Assembly (NCBI GenBank): GCA_964016885.1 | Contig: OZ024742.1 | Span: 356,004,001-356,068,000, forward strand | Source of the DNA: Eledone cirrhosa | Lineage: Eukaryota | Reading direction: 5' to 3' | Length of the DNA: 64,000 nt | Shown here: one piece after another, positions 1 through 12,775 of the stretch | Numbering within the stretch: position 1 is the stretch's first letter | Layout of the letters: each line of letters begins with the position of its first letter | Made by a program: the position numbers and the translations under genes | Notes under the pieces: model-generated | Told to the model about the DNA's origin: nothing | What the model saw: the letters and a program-made list of their open reading frames with translations, nothing else | Database searches by the model: none

Positions 1-335
1 TTTCATTTGTTTTGACATTACAATTGTATACTATATTTTTAACTAAACAATTATTATTTAGAGGACAGTTAGATTTATTTCTACAATTACATTTATCTAA
101 ATTTATATTATTTGGAGCCGTAACATTATATTGGATATTGCTAGGGGTATTAATGCTATTCTGATTAGGTTTGAAGTTTCTATTATTAATTATATTAATA
201 TTCTGCGCTAAATTCATAGTAGTGGAATATGAGAGTTTAATAGTATGTCTATTAAAGATTGAGTAATACCTGTGTGTCTTAGGAAAGCACCTATCTAGAG
301 CTTTAAGTATTAAAATTCCTATTGCTACAGACATC
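1..335 (-). mobile_element. Penelope-like element ORF fragment (post-RT linker leading into GIY-YIG), continues off the window edge
   Basis: Manual minus-strand translation: ...ALDRCFPKTHRYYSIFNRHTIKLSYSTTMNL...KCNCRNKSNCPLNNNCLVKNIVYNCNV. This matches the PLE 'FP..H....IFNR.T.K.SYS' and 'CNCR...CPL...CL...IVY' motifs. Confidence 0.8.
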
Positions 336-440
336 ATAGCAATGCGAGAAAGGCATAAAATATATTGCTGATTTATAAAGAGCTCGGTCTCTTTACTCAA
401 TGAGCTCCCTTGATTATGTTGTGAGTTTCTAGCTCTACCA

Positions 441-517
<77 letters not shown>

Positions 518-522
518 CAAAA

Positions 523-907
523 TATCAAAATAAAGATCCGAAGGCATGGTATACATTTCCAATCATTTTAATCACGACACATGTTTCAATAAGAGATAGA
601 TCGATCGTGTAGCCATGATCTATTATCACTGACCTCGTCGGGTGAAAATGAATTGTCTTCAAATCCTTGATATGAGGGTGAAAATTAACGGTGTTCACTC
701 ACAGAGTTTAGTCTCTCATATAACTCTGTGAGTGAACACCGTTAATTTTCTCCCTCATATCAAGGATTTGAAGACAATTTATTTTCACCTGACGAGGTCA
801 GTGATAATCGATCATGGCTACACGATCGATCTATCTCTTATTGAAACATGTGTCGTGATTAAAATGATTGGAAATTTATACCATGCCTTCGGAGCTTTAT
901 TTTGATA
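523..907. repeat. Fold-back element with ~186-bp inverted arms and a ~13-nt loop, between (TA)n tracts; PLE pLTR-derived
   Basis: 523-708 is the near-perfect reverse complement of 722-907. The right arm contains a hammerhead core. Confidence 0.9.
785..858 (+). ncRNA. Type I hammerhead ribozyme-like motif (PLE type)
   Basis: tcac-CTGACGA(789-795), long imperfect stem II, GAAA(843-846)-catgt-GTC-gtga. Stem I is tcac/gtga and stem III includes the palindrome ACATGT, as in minimal PLE hammerheads. Confidence 0.65.
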
Positions 908-1034
908 CAAATACTCCGATTTACATCATCTAGCTGTTCCCATAAATGGGATTGAAGATATACAAAAGTGTGGAGAACTTAATATTGCTAACAAAAATGT
1001 TATTAGATCGTTTGACACAACCAATATTACACCT

Positions 1035-1109
<75 letters not shown>

Positions 1110-1122
1110 TTCATATATATAT

Positions 1123-1877
1123 ATATGAATGTATATATAGTGCATTTTGCAATACACTTTATGCTTAATTAAAAGCATCTTGAAGACCTTATGCTATTGT
1201 TTTAGAGTAGTGACAGACTCACTTACTTTAATTTCAGCAAACAGGGGGAGATAAAGCTGACAAAGCCTTGTTTCTGCATTTATTGATGCTTATCAAAGCC
1301 AACTACTCCTCCCGTCTGCTGAAATCACGGATGTTTGGTTCTTATAGAATTCTAGTAAATAATCAGGAATTGATTATACAGAGCGGTTGCCGGTCAAGCA
1401 GAAATTAAAAATGTTTGCTGAAATTAAAGTAAGTGAGTCTGTCACTACTCTAAAACAATAGCATACGGTCTTCAAAATGCTTTTAATTAAGCATAAAGTG
1501 TATTGCAAAATACACTATATATACATTCATATATATATTGCTATTTCAGAGCACCAATTCTAATTTTTAATTTCTGCTTGACCGGCAACCGCTCTGTATA
1601 ATCAGTTCCTGATTATTTACTAGAATTCTATAAGAACCAAACATCCGTGATTTCAGCAGACGGGAGGAGTAGTTGGCTTTGATAAGCATCAATAAATGCA
1701 GAAACAAGGCCTTGTCAGCTTTATCTCCCCCTGTTTGCTGAAATTAAAGCAAGTGAGTTTGTCACTACTCTAAAACAATAGCATAAGATCTTCAAAATGC
1801 TTCTAATTAAGCATAAAGTGTATTGCAAAATGCACTATATATACATTCATATATATATGGCTATTTCAGAGCCCCAA

Positions 1878-1883
<6 letters not shown>
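1123..1883. repeat. Inverted plus partial-tandem repeat unit between (TA)n tracts (PLE pLTR-like architecture)
   Basis: About 290 bp (1123-1411) is followed by a partial inverted copy (1413-1563) and a full inverted copy (1564-1883). Both inverted copies end in gctatttcagagc.ccaattctaa. Confidence 0.85.
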
Positions 1884-1951
<68 letters not shown>

Positions 1952-1959
<8 letters not shown>

Positions 1960-4368
1960 TAACAGATTAAAGTTTAAGCAAAGAATCGCTGCTTTCACCC
2001 TTAACGGGATCTTCTGAAACTAACAAAGTCAATCTGTAAACGCAGAACTGGATATTTCAAAAGACGTTGCAACCGGAGGAAGACAGGAAGACGATACTTT
2101 GGTTCGTGGTAACGTTCGCTGGCAAAGAACGGGAAAAAACGAATAATACGTCATTAATAGGAGCGGTGAAAAACAATTACGCGCAAAGACAGAACCACGT
2201 TTATGGTATAAAAGAGGTCGTAGACTAATGTTCTCTTAGGTGGTGCATAGAGACGTTCTCTGGCAATGAACGAAAAAACGAAGATAATAAGTCATATGTG
2301 GAGCGTGGAGAACAATAGCACGCAAAGACAAAACCACGTAAATGGTATAGCAGAAGTCGTAGACTAAAATTAATCTCCGCTACAGAGTTAAGAACAAAGT
2401 AAATAAATACAATACAGAAGTAATAGAAACAAATAAATACATACATGCAAACAGATACGCACATACACAAGCATACGCAAAACCTTACCATAGGTATACA
2501 AAACCATGCACATATAAATATGTGTGTGTGTGTGTATGCTTGTGTACAAATAAATAAATAATTATATCAACGTATATAAGTAAATAAATACGTATATAAC
2601 AAGCGCACACGCATACCTACATATAAATACACGAATGTTCGGAGACGTAAGTCAACTAAAACAAGAAGTACACATATACACACACCCACAATACGTACGA
2701 ACCTGCATACTCACGCAGACGCAAAACTCCCGTATACACATAGCCAAACCCTAAATACCAGACTATGTAAACATTATACGCCATAACAGTCAAATATACG
2801 TGCGAGAAAGTATACATACCTTCACAAAACATACGGGTAATATATACTTACCTATGCAAATAAGTAAAGGAATAAACAAAACATATACTTAGCTCCCACA
2901 TCAAGACGTAAAATATCAACGTATAGATCGTGCTATCCGTTAGGGTATAACGTGGGGCTGTAATACAGGAAAGTTTTGTGCAATTTATGTTTACAAGCCG
3001 AAATTGCCTCAGATTTGTTGTTTAAGATGTGGTCTGTGGCGTAGAGTATTTCCAGCTTATATCTGGAGTATAAAAGATAACCACACCCAATATAAGTTAC
3101 ACTGGGAGATCCTAGCTAGGGCTAGATCGTATAACGGAAATAAAAGACCATGTGACCTCTGCGCCCTTAGGCCTTGGAAATACTCTACGCCACAGACCAC
3201 ATCTTAAACAAAAAATCTGAGGCAATTTCGGCTTGTAAACATAAATTGCACAAAACTTTCCTGTATTACAGCCCCACGTTATACCCTAACGGATAGCACG
3301 ACCTATACGTGGATATTTTACGTCTTGATGTGGGAGCTAAGTATATGTTTTGTTTATTCTTTTACTTATTTGCATAGGTAAGTATATATTACCCGTATGT
3401 TTTGTGAAGGTATGTATACTTTCTCGTACGTATATTTGACTGTTATGGCGTATAATTTTTACATAGTCTGGTATTTAAGGTTTGGCTATGTGTATACGGG
3501 AGTTTTGCGTCTGCGTGAATATGCAGGTTCGTACGTATGGTGGGTGTGTGTATATGTGTACTTCTTGTTTTAGTTGACTTACGTCTCCGAATATTCGTGT
3601 ATTTATATGTAGGTATGCGTGTGCGCTTGTTATATACGTATTTATTTACTTATATACGTTGATATAATTATTTATTTATTTATTTGTACACAAGCATACA
3701 CACACACATATTTATATGTGCGTGGTTTTGTATACCTATGGTAAGGTTTTGCGTATGCTTGTGTATGTACGTATCTGTTTGCATGTATGTATTTATTTGT
3801 TTCTATTACTTCTGTATTGTATTTATTTACTTTGTTCTTAACTCTGTAGCGGAGATTAATTTTAGTCTACCACTTCTGCTATACCATTTACGTGGTTTTG
3901 TCTTTGCGTGCTATTGTTCTCCACGCTCCACATATGACTTATTATCTTCGTTTTTTCGTTCATTGCCAGAGAACGTCTCTATGCACCACCTAAGAGAACA
4001 TTAGTCTACGACCTCTTTTATACCATAAACGTGGTTCTGTCTTTGCGCGTAATTGTTTTCCACCGCTCCTATTAATGACGTATTATTCGTTTTTTCCCGT
4101 TCTTTGCCAGCGAACGTTACCACGAACCAAAGTATCGTCTTCCTGTCTTCCTCCGGTTGCTACGTTTTTTGAAATATCCAGTTCTGCGTTTACAGATTGA
4201 CTTTGTTAGTTTCAGAAGATCCCGTTAAGGGTGAAAGCAGCGATTCTTTGCTTAAACTTTAATCTGTTATTTTAATAAATATTTGCTCTACGGTTCTTAT
4301 ATATTTTATATATATTTTCCTTATCGAGCCCTCTTTGGATTTTAGTCTTCAATTTTATTATTATTGCT
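1952..4368 (+). mobile_element. 5'-truncated Penelope-like element with a 1.1-kb inverted copy of its own 3' region
   Basis: Arms 1952-3054 and 3175-4277 are near-identical reverse complements. The spacer and start of the right arm encode AYIWSIKDNHTQYKLHWEILARARSY...CDLCAL/LEILYATDHILNKKSEAISACKH (frameshifted), the C-terminal part of a PLE GIY-YIG domain. Flanked by (TA)n. Confidence 0.85.
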
Positions 4369-4391
4369 ATATATATATATATATATATATA

Positions 4392-4955
4392 TATGAATGA
4401 AAATAGACCTAGAAACGGGACTGTCCATCATCAGTGATCTGCTGACTATCATTCGTATTTCTTCGCATTAAAGACCAGATACCTCAAAATCACCACGAGC
4501 AATAACTAAAATAAGTTATTGGGACAGAGCGAATTGGATGGGAAAGTAAACAAACAACATGGTAGTAATGCAACGTAAAGAGAGGAAAAGAGAGACAAGT
4601 AAATGATACTTGTGAACTTAAGTCCGAACAAATCAATCGATGAGAAGAGGCAGACACGTCCGAACCCCGCGAAAGGTGAGAGAGAAAAGGATTTCACACA
4701 GGACAGACGGGAGGAAGTGAGAGATGGGGAGTAGGAGAGAGCAAGTGAGTGAAAGTTTGAGGAAGAGCCCAGCCGTGAGAGTATGTGACCAGAAGAGGGG
4801 GTGAATGAAAGCAAGAGGTAGGAGGAGAGAGAAAGAGGATAGCAGTAAGGTGATAGAATAAAGACAAACCTCAGTGAGGGGAAAAATTATATATGAATGA
4901 AAAAATGGCGTGCTGTGTTGTTGTGAACATGATACATATGAATGAAAATAGACCA
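4392..4955 (-). mobile_element. Probable PLE 3'/pLTR remnant with short terminal direct repeat and damaged hammerhead-like core
   Basis: atatgaatgaaaatagacc occurs at 4392 and 4937. The minus strand reads CTGATGA-tggacagtccc-gttt-ctagGTC near 4405-4440. Lies between (TA)n tracts. Confidence 0.4.
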
Positions 4956-5702
4956 TATATATATAGATATATATATATGAATGTGTATGTGTGTATAATA
5001 TGGTTGTGTAGTTCTCATGACAAAATAGCACCCAGCTCATACTGTAAAGTAGACCTGTAGGTGCTATGGCAAAAAACATCCAGCCATTGAAATCTGTCCA
5101 GAAACAATTCTCTATGAGCAAGTCAGGGTCAGGTGACCATTCACCTGACCCAATGTTCCTCTAATGGGACAACCTATCGAAACCATGCTAGAATGGAAAA
5201 TGAAAATGATGATGATGATGATGATGATGATGATATATATATATAATATTTTGTTCCCTATTTCAACCTATGTGGTAAAAAATGTATATATACATATATA
5301 GGGGTAAAAAATGTATATATACATATATAGCTAACACACACACTCACACACATATATATATATCATCATCATTTTCTAACATCAATTTTTTAATGCTAGC
5401 ATGAGTTTATATATATACTCATACAACACTTTATATAGGTATATCCATACGCTGTTTGATATTCATCAAAATCTATATATAAATGTGTGTAATTTATTAA
5501 ATATCACTAATATATTTTTCCGACAATTCTTATAGAAATAGTCTTCTTCTTCTTCTTCTTCTTCTTGTATACAGAAATAGTAAAGAAATCAATATGGATT
5601 ATTTTAAATGTGAAATTTAATTATGTTTATTATTAAAAAATAATTCAGCATTTCAAATAATAAAACACAAAGGAGTAATATTAAAAATATACCTAAATAC
5701 TA

Positions 5703-5715
5703 TTACTACTACTAC

Positions 5716-5779
<64 letters not shown>
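5703..5779. repeat. (TAC)n microsatellite
   Basis: Direct inspection. Confidence 0.95.
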
Positions 5780-6217
5780 GTTGCGGCTGGTAGGAGAGTT
5801 GATTATAATAATTAGAATTTCTACCATAAGCACAAGGCCAATGATTTTGAAACAAGTGCAGCTAATTCAATCAAAGACAGTTTCATTATTGGTAATACTT
5901 TTGCATGTATACATCCTAAGTGTCATCATCATCTCTATTATATATTACTCTGTCAATTTACAGCTTAACTTGCCACCTATTAACATGTAACATGTATATA
6001 TATATATATATATATACAAGTGGAAGCTTAGTAAAATCGAAGCTTTGGCTGTGGCCAAGCAAAGCCGACCTACAATAAGGAATGAGTAGCAAAACACTCA
6101 ATAAGGGTAGATCCTTAGAGTAATAACATTATGTTTAAAAGCTTGACAAATTGAAAATTGCTGTAGGCAAAACCCAACCATACAATACCAAAAAGAACGA
6201 AAGAACTAATCAGGTAA

Positions 6218-6255
<38 letters not shown>

Positions 6256-6382
6256 AGACAACAGTTAATTCACCATACCTAGAACAATTGTTTCAAAAAA
6301 ATTGTTTTCCTCCCTTTTTTACCCGCCTTTTAATGTATTTCCACCACTCACCCTCACGCCCTCAGACCTCTTTTCTTGTCCA

Positions 6383-6430
6383 CTTTTCTCCTGATGAAGG
6401 ATTTATGCCCGAAACGTCGTCCCTCACCCC
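6383..6430 (+). ncRNA. Hammerhead-like core within a PLE 3'-end remnant (6253-6512)
   Basis: CTGATGA-agg-atttatg-ccc-GAAA-cgtc-GTC. Stem I is not well preserved. Confidence 0.5.
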
Positions 6431-6547
6431 CACCTCTTAAGCGTGAACCTAATATTAACACTATGTACTGCCTCTTCGGTTCGTTTTTGCTTTTTAGTTT
6501 TCTGTTTTAACTATATATATATATATATATATATATGCGTGTGTGTG

Positions 6548-7400
<853 letters not shown>

Positions 7401-7435
7401 TATATATATCGTTTATATATATATATATATATATT

Positions 7436-9597
7436 AGTCGAGGGTAGTATAATAAGTAAGGCAATCAAAGATATGAAGACGGGTAAGGCGGCTGGGCCTT
7501 CGGAAATAGTTGCCGAGATGCTGAAGGCATCTGGTAAGGTGGGACACACCATGGTCACCCGGATAGTTGACCAAGTCGTACAGAATGGGGTTGTTCCGAA
7601 GGACTGGCGTAGCAGCTTCATCGTTAACTGTTATAAGGGTAAAGGAGATGCCCTAGATAGGAGTAACTATAGAGGCATTAAATTAATCGACTAGGTCATG
7701 AAAGTCACGGAAAAAGTAATAGCGCAACTAATCAGAGAGAGAATTGATCTAGATTAAATGCAGTTCGGGTTTGTGTCAGGCAAAAGTACCACAGACGCTC
7801 TTTTCATTGTACGATAACTACAGGAGAAGTACCTAGCTAAAAGTAAACCCCTATACTTAGCTTTTGTCAACTTGGAGAAAGCCTTCGACAGAGTCCCCCG
7901 TTCTATTATCTGGTGGGCTCTTAGAAAACTAGGTGTTGACGAATGGCTTGTGAGAGCTATACAAGCCATGTATAAAGAAACAGTCAGCAAGGTTAGAATT
8001 AACAACGAATATAGTGAAGAGTTTAGCGTAAAAGTTGGCGTCCATCAGGGCTCTGTTCTCAGCCCCCTACTATTTATTATTGCCCTTCAGGCTATAACAG
8101 AGGAGTTCAAGACCGGTTGCCCATGGGAACTCCTATAGGCAGATGACCTAACACTCATAGCTGAATCAATGGCCGAGCTAGAGAAGAAATTCCAAACATG
8201 GAAGCACGGCCTAGAATCAAAAGGCCTTAAAATTGACCTGGCTAAGACTAAAGTTCTAGTTTGTGATAAAGAAAATAAGGCGGCGGTCCCTTCCGGGAAG
8301 TGGCCATGCTCAGTGTGTAGGAAAGGCGTAGGTAGAAACTCCATTTTGTGTCCCAAATACAAAGTATGGGTGCATAAATGATGTAGTGGGATCACAGGTA
8401 AGCTAACTAAGAACATAGATTTTACATGTGGCCAGTGCTCTGGTGCAATAAGTAGCAGCAAGTGCCCACAAAATACTAGCTCTTTCAACTGCGCAGAGGG
8501 TTCTATAGAAATAGTGGACAGCTTCCGTTACCTGGGTGACAAAATCAGCAGTGAGGGAGGTTGCTCTGAAAGTACAGTAGCAAGAGTCACAACTGGATGG
8601 AAAAAGTTCAGAGAGCTTATACCACTATTAGCCGCTAAAGGGTTCTCCCTAAAAATGAAAGGCAGGTTGTACGATGCCTGCATACGAACAGCAATGTTGC
8701 ATGGCAGTGAGACCTGGGCATTGTGTGCAGAGGATATACGCGGACTAGAGAGAAACGGAGCTTGCATGCTCCACTGGATGTGTAATAGTAATATACGTGA
8801 ACGGCAAAGCATAAACGAACTAAGGAAAAAACTAGAAATAAGAGGGATCAGATGTTGTTTACTCGAGAGAAGGCTACGTTGGTATGGTCACGTGATGCGC
8901 ATGAAGGACGATAGCTGTATAACAAAGTGCAGGGCAATAAAGATAGACGGTAGCCACGGAATAGGCAGACCCAGAAAAACCGGGGACGAGCTGATAAATT
9001 CCGACCTCACACACTTACACCTCTGCAAGACAATGTCACTGGACCGAGACCTTTGGCGGTACTCAGTAATAGAGAAGACCCGCCTTACCTAAATACAAAG
9101 TAAAACCTACTACATTCAGTAGGCATCTCTAACAAAATACACCCCCGTCCCACCACCCCCACCCCATCCACACCGCCCCATTTCAATGTAAAGTTATGTT
9201 GGTGCCACAACATCCAGGCCGAAACAAATGAGATCGTGTAGTGTCACGTCAAAAAACACACAGTTCACGCTGTAATGTGGCCGTGTAGGCAACACGGTAA
9301 AAACCTCCCAGCCCCACACTGTAAATGTGGTTGGTGTTAGGAAGGGCATCCAGCTGTAGAAAACCCGTCAGACAGTCCACGCTGAAATGTGGCCGTGTAG
9401 GCAACACGGTAAAAACCTCCCAGACCCACACTGTAAATGTGGTTGGTGTTGGGAAGGGCATCCAGCAGAAGAAAACCCGCCAGATAGTCCTATGCGAGCA
9501 AGATAATCACTCTTGCCTCAAGTGGGAAAACCCCCGTCCAAACCCATGCAAGCGTGGAACACAAACGTTAAACGTAAGATGATGATGATGATGATGA
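7436..9597 (+). mobile_element. RTE-clade LINE, 5'-truncated and pseudogenised, with (GAT)n tail
   Basis: ORF pieces give KGKGDALDRSNYRGIKL, QFGF, LEKAFDRVPR, GVHQGSVLSPLLF, YADD mutated to TAG-ADD at 8136, YLG, LHGSETW, RLRWYGHV and GRPRK. The 3'UTR has a ~112-bp internal duplication (9265-9490). Confidence 0.95.
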
Positions 9598-9764
9598 TAT
9601 ATATATATTCATATGTATAAGGCTGTTTCTGTCATATGAATAAAATACCTGCTGAATACAATTGTCTCAGTAAATCATGTATTATATGGTGGACAGCAGA
9701 AAACCAATCTTTGATCTAGTGAGTACAGATATGTTTTGAGGTTCTCTCTCTTTATTTCATATAT

Positions 9765-10107
9765 ATCATCATCATCATCATCATTTTACGTCCGCTTTTC
9801 CCTGCTTACAAGGGTGGGACGGGAACTGATTCTGGGTTGATTTCTACAGCTGGATGCCCTTCCTAACACCAACCTCATTTACAGTGAATGCTGTGTGCTT
9901 TTTTGCCGTGGCACCTCCACGACCACTTTACAGTGGAATGATATGGACCCCAGTCCTATCATCTCAATTCTACAGCTGAGTAAACTGGAGCAATGTGAAA
10001 TAAAGTGTCTTGCTCAAGGAAACAACACATCACCCCGTCTCAGAATTCAACTCACAACTTTTCGATTGCAAGGCCAATGCTCTAACCACTAAGCCATGTG
10101 CCTCCAT
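9765..10107 (-). mobile_element. tRNA-derived SINE (CORE-like centre, RTE-derived 3' tail; octopus OR1-like)
   Basis: Reverse complement of 10233-10565: A/B-box-like head, CCTTGAGCAAGACACTT block, RTE-type 3' end and (GAT)n. Confidence 0.85.
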
Positions 10108-10174
10108 TATATGTATATATACATATATCAACTTACCCATGCTAGCGTGGAAAAATGGACATTAAATATTGATG

Positions 10175-10227
<53 letters not shown>

Positions 10228-10232
10228 TATAT

Positions 10233-10565
10233 GATGGAGGCACATGGCTTAGTGGTTAGAGCATTGGCTCGAAAGGTTGTGAGTTCAATTCTCGGACCGG
10301 GTGATATGTTGTTTCCTTGAGCAAGACACTTTATTTCAAATTGCTCCAGTTTACTCAGCTGTAGAAATGAGATAATAGGGACTGTAAAGTGGACGTGGAG
10401 GTACCACGGAAACAAAAGCACCCACCACTCACTGTAAATGAGATTGGTGTTAGGGAGGGCTTCCAGCTATAGAAATCAAGCCAGAATCAGTTCCCGTCCC
10501 ACCCTTGCAATCAGGGAAAAGCGGACGTAAAATGATGATGATGATGATGATGATCATGATGATGA
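10233..10565 (+). mobile_element. tRNA-derived SINE (CORE-like centre, RTE-derived 3' tail; octopus OR1-like)
   Basis: tggcttagtggttagagc (A box), gagttcaattc (B box) and ccttgagcaagacactt, then ggtgttaggga.ggc.tccagct...gcggacgtaaaatgatgatg shared with the RTE 3' end. Confidence 0.85.
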
Positions 10566-10568
10566 TAT

Positions 10569-10610
<42 letters not shown>

Positions 10611-10756
10611 AGAGAGAGCCTAAGTTACTTCAGGGATAAACACAGTAATTAAGGTGCTCAATATTTTAGTAGAGTATGAATCATCATCGTCATCATCATC
10701 ATCATTTTACGTCCGCTTTTCCCAGCTTGCAAGGGTGGGACAATATCATTACTTAT

Positions 10757-11580
10757 TACTAGAGAATGAATGAGACTAAAACAAAATATCTGGTAGAGAA
10801 TGTTGAGAAGCCAGAGAGGATCACTAATGTAGGTGGGAAGCCGCTAGAATTGGTTGAGGGCTTCCTGTATTTGGGAGCAAAGATTGGGAATACGGAAGAT
10901 GTGTAATAGTAATATACGCGAACGGCAAAGCATAAATGAACTAAGTGAGAATTCAGGAATAAGAAGGATTATGTGCTGTTTACTCGAGAGAAGACTACGT
11001 TGGTACGGTCACGTGATGCGCATGAAAGACGACAGCTGTATAAAAAAGTGCAGGGCGATCAAAATAGACGGTAGCCACGGAGTAGGCAGACCGAGGAAAA
11101 CCTGGGACAACTTGATAAAATCCGACCTCACACACTTACACCTCTCCAAGACAATGTCACTGGACCGAGATCTTTGGCGCTACGTAGTAATACAGAAGAC
11201 CCGCCTTGTCTAAGTACAAAGCGAAACCTAGAGTCAGTAGGCACCTCTTAACCAAAATACACCCCCGTCCCACTATCCCCACCGCCATCTACACCACCCC
11301 TTTCGATCTAAAGCTATGTTGGTACCACAACATCCAGTCCTAAATAAATGAGGTCGTGTAGGTGTCACGACAAAAAAAAACACACAGTCCACGCTGTAAT
11401 GTGGCCGTTTAGATAACACGGTAAAAACCTCCCAGTCCACACTGTAAACGAGGTTGGTGTTAGAAAGGGCACCCAGCCGTAGAAAACCCACCAGACAGTC
11501 CTGAGCAAGACAACCAATCTTACCTCAAGTGGGACAATTCCCGTCCAGACACATGCTAGCGTGGAAAATGGACGTTAAAC

Positions 11581-11623
<43 letters not shown>

Positions 11624-12150
11624 TGGTTGAGGAAGAATAAAGCCTGAGCGGCGTGCCACAGCTTGAGATCGGTGTGAAAGTCAGACCTTCGTAAATACCT
11701 GAAAATCCGCCTCTTCATTGCTGTAGTGGAGTATGTGCTGCTGTACGGGTCTGAGACATGGACACTGACCAAGAAACTCACTCAGATAGTGGATGGGTGC
11801 TACACGAGAATGCTGAGGATGGCTCTGAACATTAATCAGGATTCATTGAGGATGAAAAAATCAGAGCTGTATGGGAGCCTCCCAAAAGTCAGCTCAAAAG
11901 TGACACAGAGGAGACTGAGGTTAGCTGGACATGCTCACCGACATCCAGAGTTGACATTGCACTCAGTGCTCTTGCAGGAGCCCCTACATGGACACACTGG
12001 AAGAGGAAGACCAAGGTTAATATATGTTGATGCCCTAAGGACAGACACTGGTCTGTTGGAGATGCAGTACATGGCAGCGATAATGAGGGATAGAGACCGC
12101 TGGAGAGAACTCGTCCATGGATCTCGGGAATTTTACCCGCCCTAGATAGG
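10757..12150 (+). mobile_element. Second RTE-like LINE family fragment, interrupted by a nested RTE insertion
   Basis: 10757-10900 translates as RMNETKTKYLV...PLELVEGFLYLGAKIGNTED. It resumes at ~11620 with RKNKA*AACH...LLYGSETWTL...RRLRLAGH...RGRP...DRDRWR. Confidence 0.8.
10899..11622 (+). mobile_element. RTE LINE 3' fragment (same family as 7436-9597)
   Basis: MCNSNIRERQSINEL...RLRWYGHVMRMKDD...DRDLWR, the same 3'UTR and a (GAT)n tail. Confidence 0.92.
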
Positions 12151-12649
12151 TTACTAGAAGAAAACCCACCCTTCGGGTGGTTTTCTGCTAGTATGTATAT
12201 TGATATTATACGCAAGTATATATGCATGTAGATATGATACCTCAAATAAAATCGTAATTGACGATATACACAGAAATCGAACGAAACTGCGTTACATTGT
12301 CTTATGTAATTAGTAACGTAATCTATGATACATAAAAAAAAAGACGATATTATATATAAACTGCATTAGGAGAAAGTTAGTGACGGAAATATATGAATGA
12401 TTATTTAAGCGATCGCTAACCGGAAGTATTGACATTTTTTAAGATTCACTTCTTTAAAATTTGAAAATTTTAAAGAAGTGAATCTTAAAAAATAAGCAAC
12501 AAAATTATTTATATTTAATCAAGAATAACGAAATTTAGTAAATTATGTAATATTCATTCATTATTTATTCAAAGTAATCCAATTTATTTTACAAACGGGG
12601 TAAAAAAATATATTCTGGACGCAGTCCCGCACTTCTTACTTTATTATAG

Positions 12650-12775
12650 TTTTAATAAAAATGGTTTCTACAGGACTAGAACTGATTCCTTCTTATGGAA
12701 CCATCAGGATCTTCCTGAGAATTTCATATGAATGAAATAGTTATAGTCCTGTAGATGCCATTTACATATTAAAAA
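12650..12775. repeat. Small degenerate fold-back centred on paired hammerhead-like cores
   Basis: Arms aatggtttctacaggactagaac / gttatagtcctgtagatgccatt. Plus strand: CTGAGAA-tttcatatgaat-GAAA-tagTTA. Minus strand: CTGATGG-ttccataagaag-GAAT-cagTTC. Confidence 0.55.

Noticed and set aside
1-370. Mitochondrial insertion (NUMT)
   Set aside because: It is AT-rich, but the minus-strand translation matches PLE motifs.
2225-4004. Duplicated small membrane-protein genes (88 and 106 aa)
   Set aside because: These are low-complexity TG/TA-rich readings of the two palindrome arms.
10233-10300. Functional tRNA gene
   Set aside because: The A/B boxes belong to a SINE head and there is no complete cloverleaf.
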